From: Candidatus Latescibacterota bacterium
GTDB lineage: Bacteria; Latescibacterota; UBA2968; GCA-2709665
Reading direction: 5' to 3'
DNA: 64,000 nt
Assembly: GCA_965219995.1 (NCBI GenBank)
Contig: CBDCOX010000002.1
Location: 1,120,001-1,184,000, forward strand
The position numbers and the translations under genes are program-made. The notes under the pieces are model-generated. The model was not told the origin of the DNA and ran no database searches. It worked only from the letters and a program-made list of their open reading frames with translations. This document shows positions 37,064 through 46,415 of the stretch, one piece after another. How positions within the stretch are numbered: position 1 is the first letter of the stretch; every line of letters starts with the position of its first letter.

Positions 37064-39427
37064 GTGGCGACCTCACCGTCTCCGGCATCCGGCGCGCTCA
37101 TCCGCGACGAACTTCCGGAAGCCGTTTACTCTCATCTGAACAATCTACTCGATCCGAGAGAGGAACTCCTGCTCTCCGCCACGACGGATCTGAGGTTCGA
37201 CGGTTCCTACGGACCCGCATGGCTGGTGGCGACCGGTCGACGTCTGATCGGTATCAGCCCCACCGAAGACGGGCGCTACGAGACCCTCAGCATTCCCCTC
37301 TCCGAGGTTACCCGCGTGGAAGTCAGGGAGCTGTTCGGCAGCGGGGTGCTCAAGATACGGACGGCGGAAAACAGCGCCTCCCTGGCCTTCTTCACCAAGA
37401 CCCTGCTTTCCAGGTTTTCGCCTGTTCCCGCGCAGATCGAACGTCTTGTCCGGCAAGCCAGACCCGTTCCCGAAGACGCGCAGATTTCCGACTCGAGCGT
37501 GGACGGATTTGCCGGCCGCAAGAAGCGGTGTGAACGTTGCCAGCAGGTGATCCCGCACTGGATGGGTGTCTGTCCGATGTGCCTGGATTCCCGCAGGCTG
37601 CTCTTCCGGCTGCTGGGTTACGCGAAGCCCTATTGGCAGATGGGGATCGGCAGTCTTCTCCTTCTCCTTACGGCAACGTTTATCGGTCTGACACCGCCGC
37701 TGCTGATGCGCACCCTCATCGATGACGTCCTGGTATCCGACACGGGCGGCTCGAACCCGGCAGCGTCCCTGATCCCCGCCGAACCGCGGTCTTCCGTTCC
37801 CAGAAGCCAGGCGCCGGCGCCGCCTTCGGGGATGGACAAGCCCGCCATGCTCGCCGTTCTGGTGCTGCTCCTTCTGCTGGTCAACGTATCCCGAAACGGG
37901 CTCAGCGCCGTACGAACCTACCTGCTGGCAAAGCTCGGCCAGCGTATCACTTTCGATCTTCGCAAAGAGGTCTATCGACATCTCCACTATCTCTCGCTCA
38001 GTTTCTATAACGAGCGGGAGACAGGGCGCATCATGTCGAACATCACCCAGGACGTCAGCCGACTTCAGGACTTCATCTCCGACGGCCTCCAGGAGATCAT
38101 CCGGGACATCGCCACGATTGTCATCATCTGCATCATCCTCTTCTCGCTCAACCCCGCTCTCGCGGCCTTCGTCCTGATGCCCACTCCCCTGCTGATCGTG
38201 TTTACGCGTTACTTCGGAAGAAGGCTGCATGACCTCTATCATGGGCTATGGCGACGCTGGGCCGATATCCACGCTCTGCTGGCGGATACAATCCCCGGGG
38301 TGCGCGTGGTCAAGGCCTTCGCCCAGGAAAAGCGAGAGGTGAGCAAGTTCGAGAACAGGAGCTGGGGCCTGCTCGCGGGTGAAGTCCGCGTGGCGAGAGT
38401 TCGCAGCACGTTTACGCCCATCATGACGTTTCTCACCTCTCTGGGCACCCTCATCATCTGGTGGATGGGCGGCAACAAAGTCCTTGGCGGTACCCTGTCG
38501 CTCGGCGAATTCGTCGCATTCACGGGGTACATGTGGCAATTCTACGGGCCGGTGGAAAGCCTGTGCCGTCTCAATCACCGATTCCAGCGCGCGGCCACGT
38601 CGGCCGAGCGCATTTTCGAGGTCCTCGATACACAGTCCGACGTCGCGGAACGGCCGGGTGCCAACGCCATGCCGCGCATCTCGGGTTCCGTGGAGTTCTC
38701 CGGGGTCACGTTCTCGTACGAGCCGGGCAAACCGATCCTCAGGGATTTGAATTTCAGGGTGGAGCCGGGGGAAATGATCGGACTCGCCGGTCACAGCGGC
38801 GCGGGAAAGAGCACCCTCATCAACCTGATCTGCCGGTTTTACGATATCCAGGAAGGCGATATCCTGGTCGACGACCGGGACATCCGGGACGTCTCACTGA
38901 AGTCCCTGAGGGCGCAGATCGGCGTGGTTCTGCAGGATCCGTTTCTGTTCAACGGATCCGTCGCGGAAAACATCGCCTATGGCAAACCCGGCGCAACGCT
39001 GGACGAGATCGTCGCGGCCGCAAAGGCGGCAAACGCGCACGATTTCATATTGGACTTTCCCGAAGGATACGACACGCCCGTGGGCGAACGTGGCCTGCGC
39101 GTCTCGGGCGGCGAACGCCAGCGACTTTCCATTGCCCGCGCGATCCTGCGGAATCCCCGTATTCTGATCCTCGACGAAGCAACCGCCAGCGTGGACACGG
39201 AAACCGAGGCTCAGATCCAGGACGCCATTGCGCGTCTGATCGAGGGTCGGACCACCTTTGCAATCGCCCACCGCCTGTCGACGCTCAAGAATGCCAACCG
39301 CCTGCTGATCCTCGACAAGGGCGAACTGGCTGAGATCGGCACGCACGACGAACTCATTCAACGGGACGGTATCTACGCCCGGCTGTGCCGCATGCAGACC
39401 GAAATGTCCAAATTACGCGCCTGGTAA
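37064..39427 (+). CDS. Exporter-fold ABC transporter (TMD+NBD) with N-terminal PH-like and Zn-ribbon extension
   Basis: GHSGAGKST, VSGGERQR, ILDEATA, AHRLST; CERC-x10-CPMC at 37529-37582; third paralog. Confidence 0.92.
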   Translation: MATSPSPASGALIRDELPEAVYSHLNNLLDPREELLLSATTDLRFDGSYGPAWLVATGRRLIGISPTEDGRYETLSIPLSEVTRVEVRELFGSGVLKIRTAENSASLAFFTKTLLSRFSPVPAQIERLVRQARPVPEDAQISDSSVDGFAGRKKRCERCQQVIPHWMGVCPMCLDSRRLLFRLLGYAKPYWQMGIGSLLLLLTATFIGLTPPLLMRTLIDDVLVSDTGGSNPAASLIPAEPRSSVPRSQAPAPPSGMDKPAMLAVLVLLLLLVNVSRNGLSAVRTYLLAKLGQRITFDLRKEVYRHLHYLSLSFYNERETGRIMSNITQDVSRLQDFISDGLQEIIRDIATIVIICIILFSLNPALAAFVLMPTPLLIVFTRYFGRRLHDLYHGLWRRWADIHALLADTIPGVRVVKAFAQEKREVSKFENRSWGLLAGEVRVARVRSTFTPIMTFLTSLGTLIIWWMGGNKVLGGTLSLGEFVAFTGYMWQFYGPVESLCRLNHRFQRAATSAERIFEVLDTQSDVAERPGANAMPRISGSVEFSGVTFSYEPGKPILRDLNFRVEPGEMIGLAGHSGAGKSTLINLICRFYDIQEGDILVDDRDIRDVSLKSLRAQIGVVLQDPFLFNGSVAENIAYGKPGATLDEIVAAAKAANAHDFILDFPEGYDTPVGERGLRVSGGERQRLSIARAILRNPRILILDEATASVDTETEAQIQDAIARLIEGRTTFAIAHRLSTLKNANRLLILDKGELAEIGTHDELIQRDGIYARLCRMQTEMSKLRAW

Positions 39428-39468
39428 CCGCACGACGGCCGGACGCTTCAGGGAATCCTGATTCCGTT

Positions 39469-39975
39469 ATGCAGCAAGCGTATCATCTCGAGCAGGAACT
39501 GACGCTGTTGGACCCTGGCCGGATACGCCTGTGTCGGGACGAATTCACGGATCTGATCCTGGAATACCGCGGGGAGCGGCAGCCGGTTACGGCGCATCGC
39601 GCCTTTCCGCTCACGGCGACCGGTCAGTTCATCATCCTCAAGAACGGCGACGGCGCGGAGATCGGTGCGATCCGGGACATTGCCACTCTGGATGAAGAAA
39701 GCCGCGACATCCTGGAGACCGACCTGGAACGCACCTATTTCGCACCGGTCATTCTTCAGGTGAACAAACTCGAGGAAAACTTCCACATCCCGAAATGGGA
39801 CGTGGAAACCGACAGGGGTCACCGCGTGTTCGAGGTCCGCAGCCGCAGACGCGATATTCGCGTCCTGTCGGAAGGCCGCATTCTGCTGAAAGACGCCGAC
39901 GGCAATCGATACGAGATTCCGGATTACAGAAAACTGGATCCGGTCAGCCGTGCGTTTGTGGAATCGTTGATCTGA
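39469..39975 (+). CDS. DUF1854 family protein
   Basis: RAFPLT, EIG.I.D, WDVETDRG, DADGNRYEIPD; paralog of 8145-8672. Confidence 0.85.
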   Translation: MQQAYHLEQELTLLDPGRIRLCRDEFTDLILEYRGERQPVTAHRAFPLTATGQFIILKNGDGAEIGAIRDIATLDEESRDILETDLERTYFAPVILQVNKLEENFHIPKWDVETDRGHRVFEVRSRRRDIRVLSEGRILLKDADGNRYEIPDYRKLDPVSRAFVESLI

Positions 39976-40119
39976 TCTCACCGCGGCACACCCGCGTGCC
40001 GGAAACCGGTGCGACGGGACCGGTCCTGTGATTGAGCCGGCAAGCGACAGACGCGCGGTTCCTGCGCGGCCGGCCCGGTCGGGTCATTCGCCGAGGTCAA
40101 CGGGAACGGCTGTTGCAGG

Positions 40120-40148
40120 TTGTCAGCCACGGCCTGCCGTCTTATATT
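40120..40148 (+). promoter_or_regulatory. Sigma70-type promoter for the Rieske gene
   Basis: TTGTCA-17bp-TATATT. Confidence 0.55.
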
Positions 40149-40196
40149 GTGTACACCCGCCCCCAATCGCCATGCCGAACCACAGGAGACGTCCCC

Positions 40197-42047
40197 ATGA
40201 ACACCACCGCACACACCGCAGCGCCAGCCTCCCTCGACGGCGAAATGATCCCTCAGCCTCCCGGCGAGGATATCGACTTCGGCAGCCTCGTCTACCACCG
40301 GCTCTGCCGGGCGGATGAATTCAGCGAAGGCGAAGGCAAACCGTTTACCGTCAGCGGGTCCCACATTGCCGTCTTCCTGTACAACGGCGAGTTCCAGGCC
40401 GTGGATAACCGCTGCCCGCACATGGGCTATCCCATGTCGAAGGGGAGCGTCAGGGACGGGGTGCTGATCTGCCACTGGCATCACTGGGAGTTCGACCTGA
40501 AAACAGGCGGTTGTTTCGAGACATCGGGCTCCGGAAACGACCTGAAGAGTTTTCCTGTGGAGGTTAGAGATGACGGTCATCTCTATATCGGTATGGCCGC
40601 GGACGAACGGCAGGCGGCACGAAGGCGAATGATCGACCGGGGGCGGTATATCCTGGAGCAGGGTCTTAAAGACAGAAGTTCGCTCATCATCGCCAAGGGG
40701 GTGACCGCCCTGCGCCACGCCGGCGCGTCGCCTCAGGAAATCATCCAGCAGGGCCTGTTTTACGGATCCTACAAGACCACCGACGGTTTCTCCTCGGGCC
40801 TGGCCATCCTCACACTCTGCGCCAACCTCTGGGACGACATCGCGGAGGGCGACCACAACCTGTTCCTCGTCCACGGCCTCGTGCAGATCTCCCGGCGGAC
40901 GACCGGCGGCTCCCGAAGACAGGGCTTTCCGTTTCCGAAGGCGACAGACGAGCCCGACCTGGCAACCCACAAACGCTGGTTCCGGCGCCTGGTGGAACAG
41001 CGCAACAACAACGCGGCCCAGCGGATTCTGATCACACTGAACGACCGCGGTTTTCCAAAGTCGGCCATCGCCGACACGGTCTTCACGGCCGCGACCGACT
41101 ACTATTTCACGGGTGACGGGCATGCGCTGGACTTCGCCAACAAACTGTTCGAAGCTCTGGACTACGTCGACTGGGAGGGCGCCGGCGAAATCCTGCGCCC
41201 CATTGTCGTCGACCTCATCACCCGCACGCGCCACGAGGAAACGGCCCGGTGGCAGGACAGCGTGCCGATCCTCGAGGATGTCTTCAGCCGTCTGGACGAC
41301 ATCTGGAATGAAAACCAGCAGAACGAAGCTCCGCTGGACACGTCTGCCTTCGCCCGGGTGCTTCTGGGTGAAGAGGTCGCGCCGATCGTATCGGAAATCG
41401 AATCCCTCCTTCGGCGGGGCGTCGATCCCAGGGAAATCTGCCGATCCATGGTCTACGCCAGCGCCATCCGAACCGCGCGCTTCCATCTGAAGAACGAAGG
41501 CGACTGGCACGACGTGGCCAACATCTACTCCTATGCCCACGCGCTCTATCAGGCATTCCAGCGCGCGCCGTCCGGCAACCTTCTGCGCGGCATTTTCCAC
41601 GGCGCCGTATTCCTGACCTATCTGCGCTGGCTCAATATGCCGGCGGCGCGGGTGCCGAAACGAGGCCAGCGTCTGAACGGCACATTCGAGTCCGAAGCCC
41701 AGATGCTTGCGCGCCTGCAGGAATTCGCGGACTTCCAGAAGGTCTACGAAGCGGAAATACTCGTGAACCAGTACTTCGAGGAAGAGCGTGACATCGCCAT
41801 GCTCAAGCACGCCCTCGCCCACATTATGTTACGGGAAGACGCCGAACTGCATATGTTCCAGGTTCTGGAAGTGGCCTTCCGTCATTTCGACATCACCGAC
41901 GACCCCGAAGAAAAACGAATGCATCTGCTCGCGGCCACACGGTACATTACCGCACAGAAAGTGATGAAAGCCATCCTCTGGTCGACCGAAAACGCAGAAC
42001 GGCTGCAGCGCGGGGAACTGCTGAGCGAGCGGGAAGACGACAATTAG
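40197..42047 (+). CDS. Rieske [2Fe-2S] domain fused to a long helical domain of unknown function
   Basis: CPHMG...CHWH Rieske ligands; SD AGGAG before ATG 40197. Confidence 0.85.
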   Translation: MNTTAHTAAPASLDGEMIPQPPGEDIDFGSLVYHRLCRADEFSEGEGKPFTVSGSHIAVFLYNGEFQAVDNRCPHMGYPMSKGSVRDGVLICHWHHWEFDLKTGGCFETSGSGNDLKSFPVEVRDDGHLYIGMAADERQAARRRMIDRGRYILEQGLKDRSSLIIAKGVTALRHAGASPQEIIQQGLFYGSYKTTDGFSSGLAILTLCANLWDDIAEGDHNLFLVHGLVQISRRTTGGSRRQGFPFPKATDEPDLATHKRWFRRLVEQRNNNAAQRILITLNDRGFPKSAIADTVFTAATDYYFTGDGHALDFANKLFEALDYVDWEGAGEILRPIVVDLITRTRHEETARWQDSVPILEDVFSRLDDIWNENQQNEAPLDTSAFARVLLGEEVAPIVSEIESLLRRGVDPREICRSMVYASAIRTARFHLKNEGDWHDVANIYSYAHALYQAFQRAPSGNLLRGIFHGAVFLTYLRWLNMPAARVPKRGQRLNGTFESEAQMLARLQEFADFQKVYEAEILVNQYFEEERDIAMLKHALAHIMLREDAELHMFQVLEVAFRHFDITDDPEEKRMHLLAATRYITAQKVMKAILWSTENAERLQRGELLSEREDDN

Positions 42048-42185
42048 ACGGGCGATGCCTCTCATCCACGTGAGGTGATGTCGCGTATGGGTATGTTTGC
42101 AGAATGACCGGGCGCCCGATTTCGGCTTCGCTCCGTTTGCGTACGTCCATCAAAGCATCATTACATTAAAGGGATCCTCAGACCG

Positions 42186-45100
42186 GTGAAAATTTCGGAA
42201 GTTGCCATACACAAGCCCATCACCACGGTGATGGTGGCCATCAGCGTCGTGGTACTCGGGTTCATCTCTCTCTTCCGTCTGCCCCTCGAGTACCTGCCGG
42301 ACATCACGTTCCCCGTGATGTACGTCAACGTCGACTACCCTTCTTCTTCTCCCGAAGAAATCGAGACGGAAATTGTCCGGCCGCTGGAAGAAGTGATGGG
42401 GACCCTCTCCCATGTAAAGACCCTGAGTTCGCGGTCTTACGCCAATCGGGGTTACGTGCGTCTGGAATTCGATCTCAATACCGACATGGACCTTATGGCG
42501 GTCCACGTAAGGGATCGTCTCGATCAGGTACGAAACGACCTTCCCGGCGACGTCGAGCGCATCACGATACGGCGGTGGAACACGGAAGACTTCCCGGTGC
42601 TGACCTATGCTCTGAGTTGGCAGGGACAGGATGCATCGGAACTGGCCAGCGTCTACGAATACACCATTCTTCCACGTTTGCAGCGCCTGGAAGGGGTTGG
42701 CAGCGTTGAGGTTCGGGGCTTGCGAGAGAAAGACCTGCTCATCGAGGTCGATCAGAACCTGTTGCACACGCATCGTCTGGACATTCGCGCGCTCAACAGA
42801 GCGATCAGCGCCAACAATGTCAATATTTCCGCGGGTTACGTCAACGAAGCCGAAAAACGCCTGACCACGCGCACGATCGGTGAGTTCGAGAACGTCGACC
42901 AGATCCGCCGCCTCCCCCTCCGCGCCGGTGTTGAAGTTGGCGACGTTGCGGACGTCACGTACGACTTTCCGGAAGAAAAGGACTTCGAACGCCTCGACGG
43001 GAGGGACGCGGTGACGGTTGACATCCGCAAGGCCTCCTCGGCCAACCTGGTGGCGACCGCGGACCGCGTAAAGGCGGAATTCGAGCGAATCCGGCAGGAG
43101 ATCGGCGGTGACAAGCTCCGCATGCAGGCCATACGGGACCGTTCGCTGGACGTAACCACCGGGATCAGGAGCCTCACGCAGTCCGCCATCATGGGGGGTC
43201 TGCTGGCCATCTGCGTCATCTTCGTCTTTCTGCGAAATTTCCGCAGCACCCTCATCATCGGTTCCGCCATCCCGATCTCGGCCGTCACCGTATTTGTCGT
43301 CATGTACATGAGCCGCCAGGTCTTCGGCTCCAACATCACCCTCAATCTGATGTCGATGATGGGCCTCATGGTCGCGATCGGAATGCTCGTGGACCCCGCC
43401 GTGGTCGCACTGGAGAACATCTTCAGAAAGCGTTACGACGAGGGCCAGGGGTCCCGCACCGCTGCTCTCGACGGCAGCCGCGAAATCGGGATTCCCGTGC
43501 TTGCCGCTTCGCTGACGACCATATGCGTCTTCGTGCCCATCATTTTTGTGACCGACTCACGCAGCGCGCTCTTTATGCGTGATTTCGCACTCACGGTGTG
43601 CATTTCGGTTGGCGCGTCCTTCTGCGTGGCGCTTTCCCTGATCCCCCTCGCGGCATCCCGGGCTTTCAACGACAACCGGTCCCGTTTGGACCGCTGGCTG
43701 AAGATCGCCCTTATTCTGCTGGCGGCGAGCTTTGCCGCCTATAAGGTCTACGGCGAGGGCCCAACGGCCATCGCCGAGTGGTTGTGGGATGGCGCAAGCG
43801 GCCTGGTCGCCGGTCTCGCCGGCATACCGGCCGTGGCGTGGCTGTTGCTCGCACTCGTGGCCGCGGGCGTCGCGGGCCTGATTCATACGGCCCGTGCCGC
43901 CGGTGGAATCAAGAGCCTCTACTCCAGCCTCGTCGTCACCACGCTGCGTTACAGATGGAGCACCGTTGTCACCGCCTGCGCGTTGTTGGGCGCGGGCGTC
44001 TATTTCTATACGCTGATCGAGAAGCAGCCCTATCGCTGGCAACCCACGCGAAGGGTTGACGTTTCGGTCGAATTGCCGCGAAGCTTCGACATTCAGGACG
44101 CGCTGGCTCTCTTCGAACGCATCGAGGGTCTCCTGCTGCCGATGAAGGAAGAACTGGACATCGCGGCCATGAGCAGCCGCTACAGCGACCGGAGGAGCAA
44201 TCGCATTACCCTCTACCTGGTTCCGGCGGACGAGGGACGTCTCTCCACCGACGAAGTCACGCGCAAAGTCAAAGCCATGCTGCCAAAAGACATCCCCGGC
44301 GTGCGTTTCAAGTCCGGCAGGACCTGGGGAAGCAGTTCCACGGGGGCCGGCGTGGAAATCAAGGGCCGGAACCCGGATGTACTCGCCATGCTGGCAGAGG
44401 ATGTCCGACTCAGGCTGCAGGACATCCGCGGGGTTCACGAAGTCGAAACCAGCCTGGAATCCGGAAACGAGGAAATCCAGGTCTCCGTCAACCGGCGACG
44501 CGCCAGACGATACGGACTCACGCCCTGGCAGGTTGCCACCACGGTTGCCAGCGCGCTGGGAACCAGGGGAAACAGCAAGTTCAAGACAGAGAACGGGGAA
44601 ATCGACATCGCCGTTCAACTGAAAGAAGAGGACCGGGCCACCCTCGAGCAACTCAGGAACACGTACTTCGAGAGCGACACGGGAAACATGGTCTCGTTCG
44701 CCAGCCTGGCGGATTTCCGCGTCACGAAGGGTCCTCAAGCGCTCGAACGCGAGAACCGGATGTCCACGCTGACCGTATTCGCCAATACGGAACAGCGGGC
44801 CGTCTACTCCGTTGGCAGGGAAATGATGAGGCGGATGCGGATGACTCCGTTGCCGGCCGGGTACTCGTGGCAGATGGACCGCCGATTCCGCTGGATGAAC
44901 CAGGAACAGGGTGAAACCAACTTTACCATGATCTTCGCAGCGCTTCTCGTCTACATGATCATGGCCGCCCTGTTCGAGTCCTACGCGCACCCGTTTACCA
45001 TCATGTTTTCCATCTGCTTCGCCTTCATCGGGGTCTCGTTCGGGCTGTACGCCTTCAACATCCCTATGGACAGCAACGCCACCTACGGTCTGCTCATCCT

Positions 45101-45452
45101 GTTCGGCATCGTTGTAAACAACGGCATTGTCCTGGTCGACCATATCAACCGCTATCGAAAACAGGGCCTCTACCGTCGCGACGCCATTATCCGGGGCGGG
45201 CAGGACCGACTGCGTCCCATTCTGATGACCGCCACGACCACGATCCTGGGCCTCACTCCCCTGGTCCTTCCGATGATCTACGGTACCGCTGAAGGGACCG
45301 CCCGCCGCTGGGGCCCGATCGGCTTCGTGGTGATCTCGGGCCTGATGGTGTCGACCATCCTGACGCTGGTCCTCCTGCCAACCGTGTACTCGCTCGTCGA
45401 CGACCTTGCGGTTTACGTGAAGCGGACGGCCGCAACCGTGAGACGCGCGTGA
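42186..45452 (+). CDS. RND transporter permease (AcrB/SwrC-like)
   Basis: SPEEIE..IVRPLEE, GMLVD, ENI, GIVVNNGIVLVD, RLRPILMT; 1088 aa. Confidence 0.93.
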   Translation: MKISEVAIHKPITTVMVAISVVVLGFISLFRLPLEYLPDITFPVMYVNVDYPSSSPEEIETEIVRPLEEVMGTLSHVKTLSSRSYANRGYVRLEFDLNTDMDLMAVHVRDRLDQVRNDLPGDVERITIRRWNTEDFPVLTYALSWQGQDASELASVYEYTILPRLQRLEGVGSVEVRGLREKDLLIEVDQNLLHTHRLDIRALNRAISANNVNISAGYVNEAEKRLTTRTIGEFENVDQIRRLPLRAGVEVGDVADVTYDFPEEKDFERLDGRDAVTVDIRKASSANLVATADRVKAEFERIRQEIGGDKLRMQAIRDRSLDVTTGIRSLTQSAIMGGLLAICVIFVFLRNFRSTLIIGSAIPISAVTVFVVMYMSRQVFGSNITLNLMSMMGLMVAIGMLVDPAVVALENIFRKRYDEGQGSRTAALDGSREIGIPVLAASLTTICVFVPIIFVTDSRSALFMRDFALTVCISVGASFCVALSLIPLAASRAFNDNRSRLDRWLKIALILLAASFAAYKVYGEGPTAIAEWLWDGASGLVAGLAGIPAVAWLLLALVAAGVAGLIHTARAAGGIKSLYSSLVVTTLRYRWSTVVTACALLGAGVYFYTLIEKQPYRWQPTRRVDVSVELPRSFDIQDALALFERIEGLLLPMKEELDIAAMSSRYSDRRSNRITLYLVPADEGRLSTDEVTRKVKAMLPKDIPGVRFKSGRTWGSSSTGAGVEIKGRNPDVLAMLAEDVRLRLQDIRGVHEVETSLESGNEEIQVSVNRRRARRYGLTPWQVATTVASALGTRGNSKFKTENGEIDIAVQLKEEDRATLEQLRNTYFESDTGNMVSFASLADFRVTKGPQALERENRMSTLTVFANTEQRAVYSVGREMMRRMRMTPLPAGYSWQMDRRFRWMNQEQGETNFTMIFAALLVYMIMAALFESYAHPFTIMFSICFAFIGVSFGLYAFNIPMDSNATYGLLILFGIVVNNGIVLVDHINRYRKQGLYRRDAIIRGGQDRLRPILMTATTTILGLTPLVLPMIYGTAEGTARRWGPIGFVVISGLMVSTILTLVLLPTVYSLVDDLAVYVKRTAATVRRA

Positions 45453-46123
45453 ACCGTCTTGCCGTTGTCCTGCTCAGCGGCGGGCTAGACAGCTGTGTTA
45501 CCGCCGCTGTCGCCCGTCAGAACGACGATCTTGCCCTGCTCTACCTTGACTACGGCCAACGCACAAACGCCCGTGAACACCGCGCGTTCCTGGAAATCGC
45601 CGACCATTACGAAGTACCCGAGAGCCGCCGCCTGACCGTACGGACCGACGCGTTCCGGCAGATCGGCGGTTCCGCGCTGACGGATCCAAGGGTCCCCGTT
45701 CCCGACGCCGACGTCGACCGGAACGGCGTCCCCGTCACGTACGTGCCGTTCCGGAATGCCCTTCTCCTCTGCATGGGCGTATCCTGGGCCGAGTCCGTTG
45801 GCGCCGCCAGTGTCTATCTGGGCGCTGTCGAAGAAGACGGTTCCGGGTATCCCGACTGCACGCAGGCGTTTTGCAACGCGTTCGCTCTGGCGGCGGATGC
45901 CGGTACCCGACCGGAGTCGCGCATCAGAATCCTCGCCCCCGTTATCCACCTCAATAAGCGCCAGATCATCCGGCTGGGCATGGAGTTGGGCGCCCCGCTC
46001 CATCTCACCTGGTCGTGCTACAGAAACAGCGACCGCGCCTGCGGTCGCTGCGATAGTTGCATCCTCCGTCTGAGGGCTTTCAAGGCGGCCGGTATCCCCG
46101 ACCCCATCCTCGCAGAATCCTGA
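45449..46123 (+). CDS. queC: 7-cyano-7-deazaguanine synthase
   Basis: SGGLDS, YGQR, TYVPFRN, GYPDC, TWSCY..CGRCDSC; GTGA overlap with the RND stop. Confidence 0.95.
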   Translation: MNRLAVVLLSGGLDSCVTAAVARQNDDLALLYLDYGQRTNAREHRAFLEIADHYEVPESRRLTVRTDAFRQIGGSALTDPRVPVPDADVDRNGVPVTYVPFRNALLLCMGVSWAESVGAASVYLGAVEEDGSGYPDCTQAFCNAFALAADAGTRPESRIRILAPVIHLNKRQIIRLGMELGAPLHLTWSCYRNSDRACGRCDSCILRLRAFKAAGIPDPILAES

Positions 46124-46171
46124 CAACGTCCGGCGCAGGCCCCGGTTCATTGGATCACCGGCCCGTTCTTG

Positions 46172-46339
46172 CTAGTGTTCTGTCCCGGAAATAAGTTGCC
46201 TGAATTCGGCCGTCGAGTCGCCCGGCTCGCAAGACGCCAGAGCGCAGGCGACCTGGCCAGGTCGGCGAGCGATGGCAACGCTGCGAGACGGGATGAATCG
46301 GCGGAAGAATGGTGAGGTATTTTTGGGACAGGACACTAG
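46172..46339. mobile_element. MITE, 160 bp with CTAG target-site duplication
   Basis: CTAG|TGTTCTGTCCCGGAAATA ... TATTTTTGGGACAGGACA|CTAG; palindrome at 46249-46264; inverted relative to the 28416 copy; lies between convergent genes. Confidence 0.9.
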
Positions 46340-46415
46340 AGCGACGAATCGCCCGGCATCCGACGCCCCTTCTCATTCGCCGCCGACGGCAAACATTCGA
46401 CGTAACCAGGAAGGG

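Noticed and set aside
39978-41822. 614 aa antisense ORF (likewise 43557-45143, 49062-50726, 59627-61471, 15243-16712)
   Set aside because: Shadow frames opposite well-supported genes in GC-rich DNA, with no motifs
45449-46123. QueC as a Qat/Dpd defence or DNA-modification gene
   Set aside because: Canonical 224 aa QueC with no qat, dpdA or TatD partners nearby
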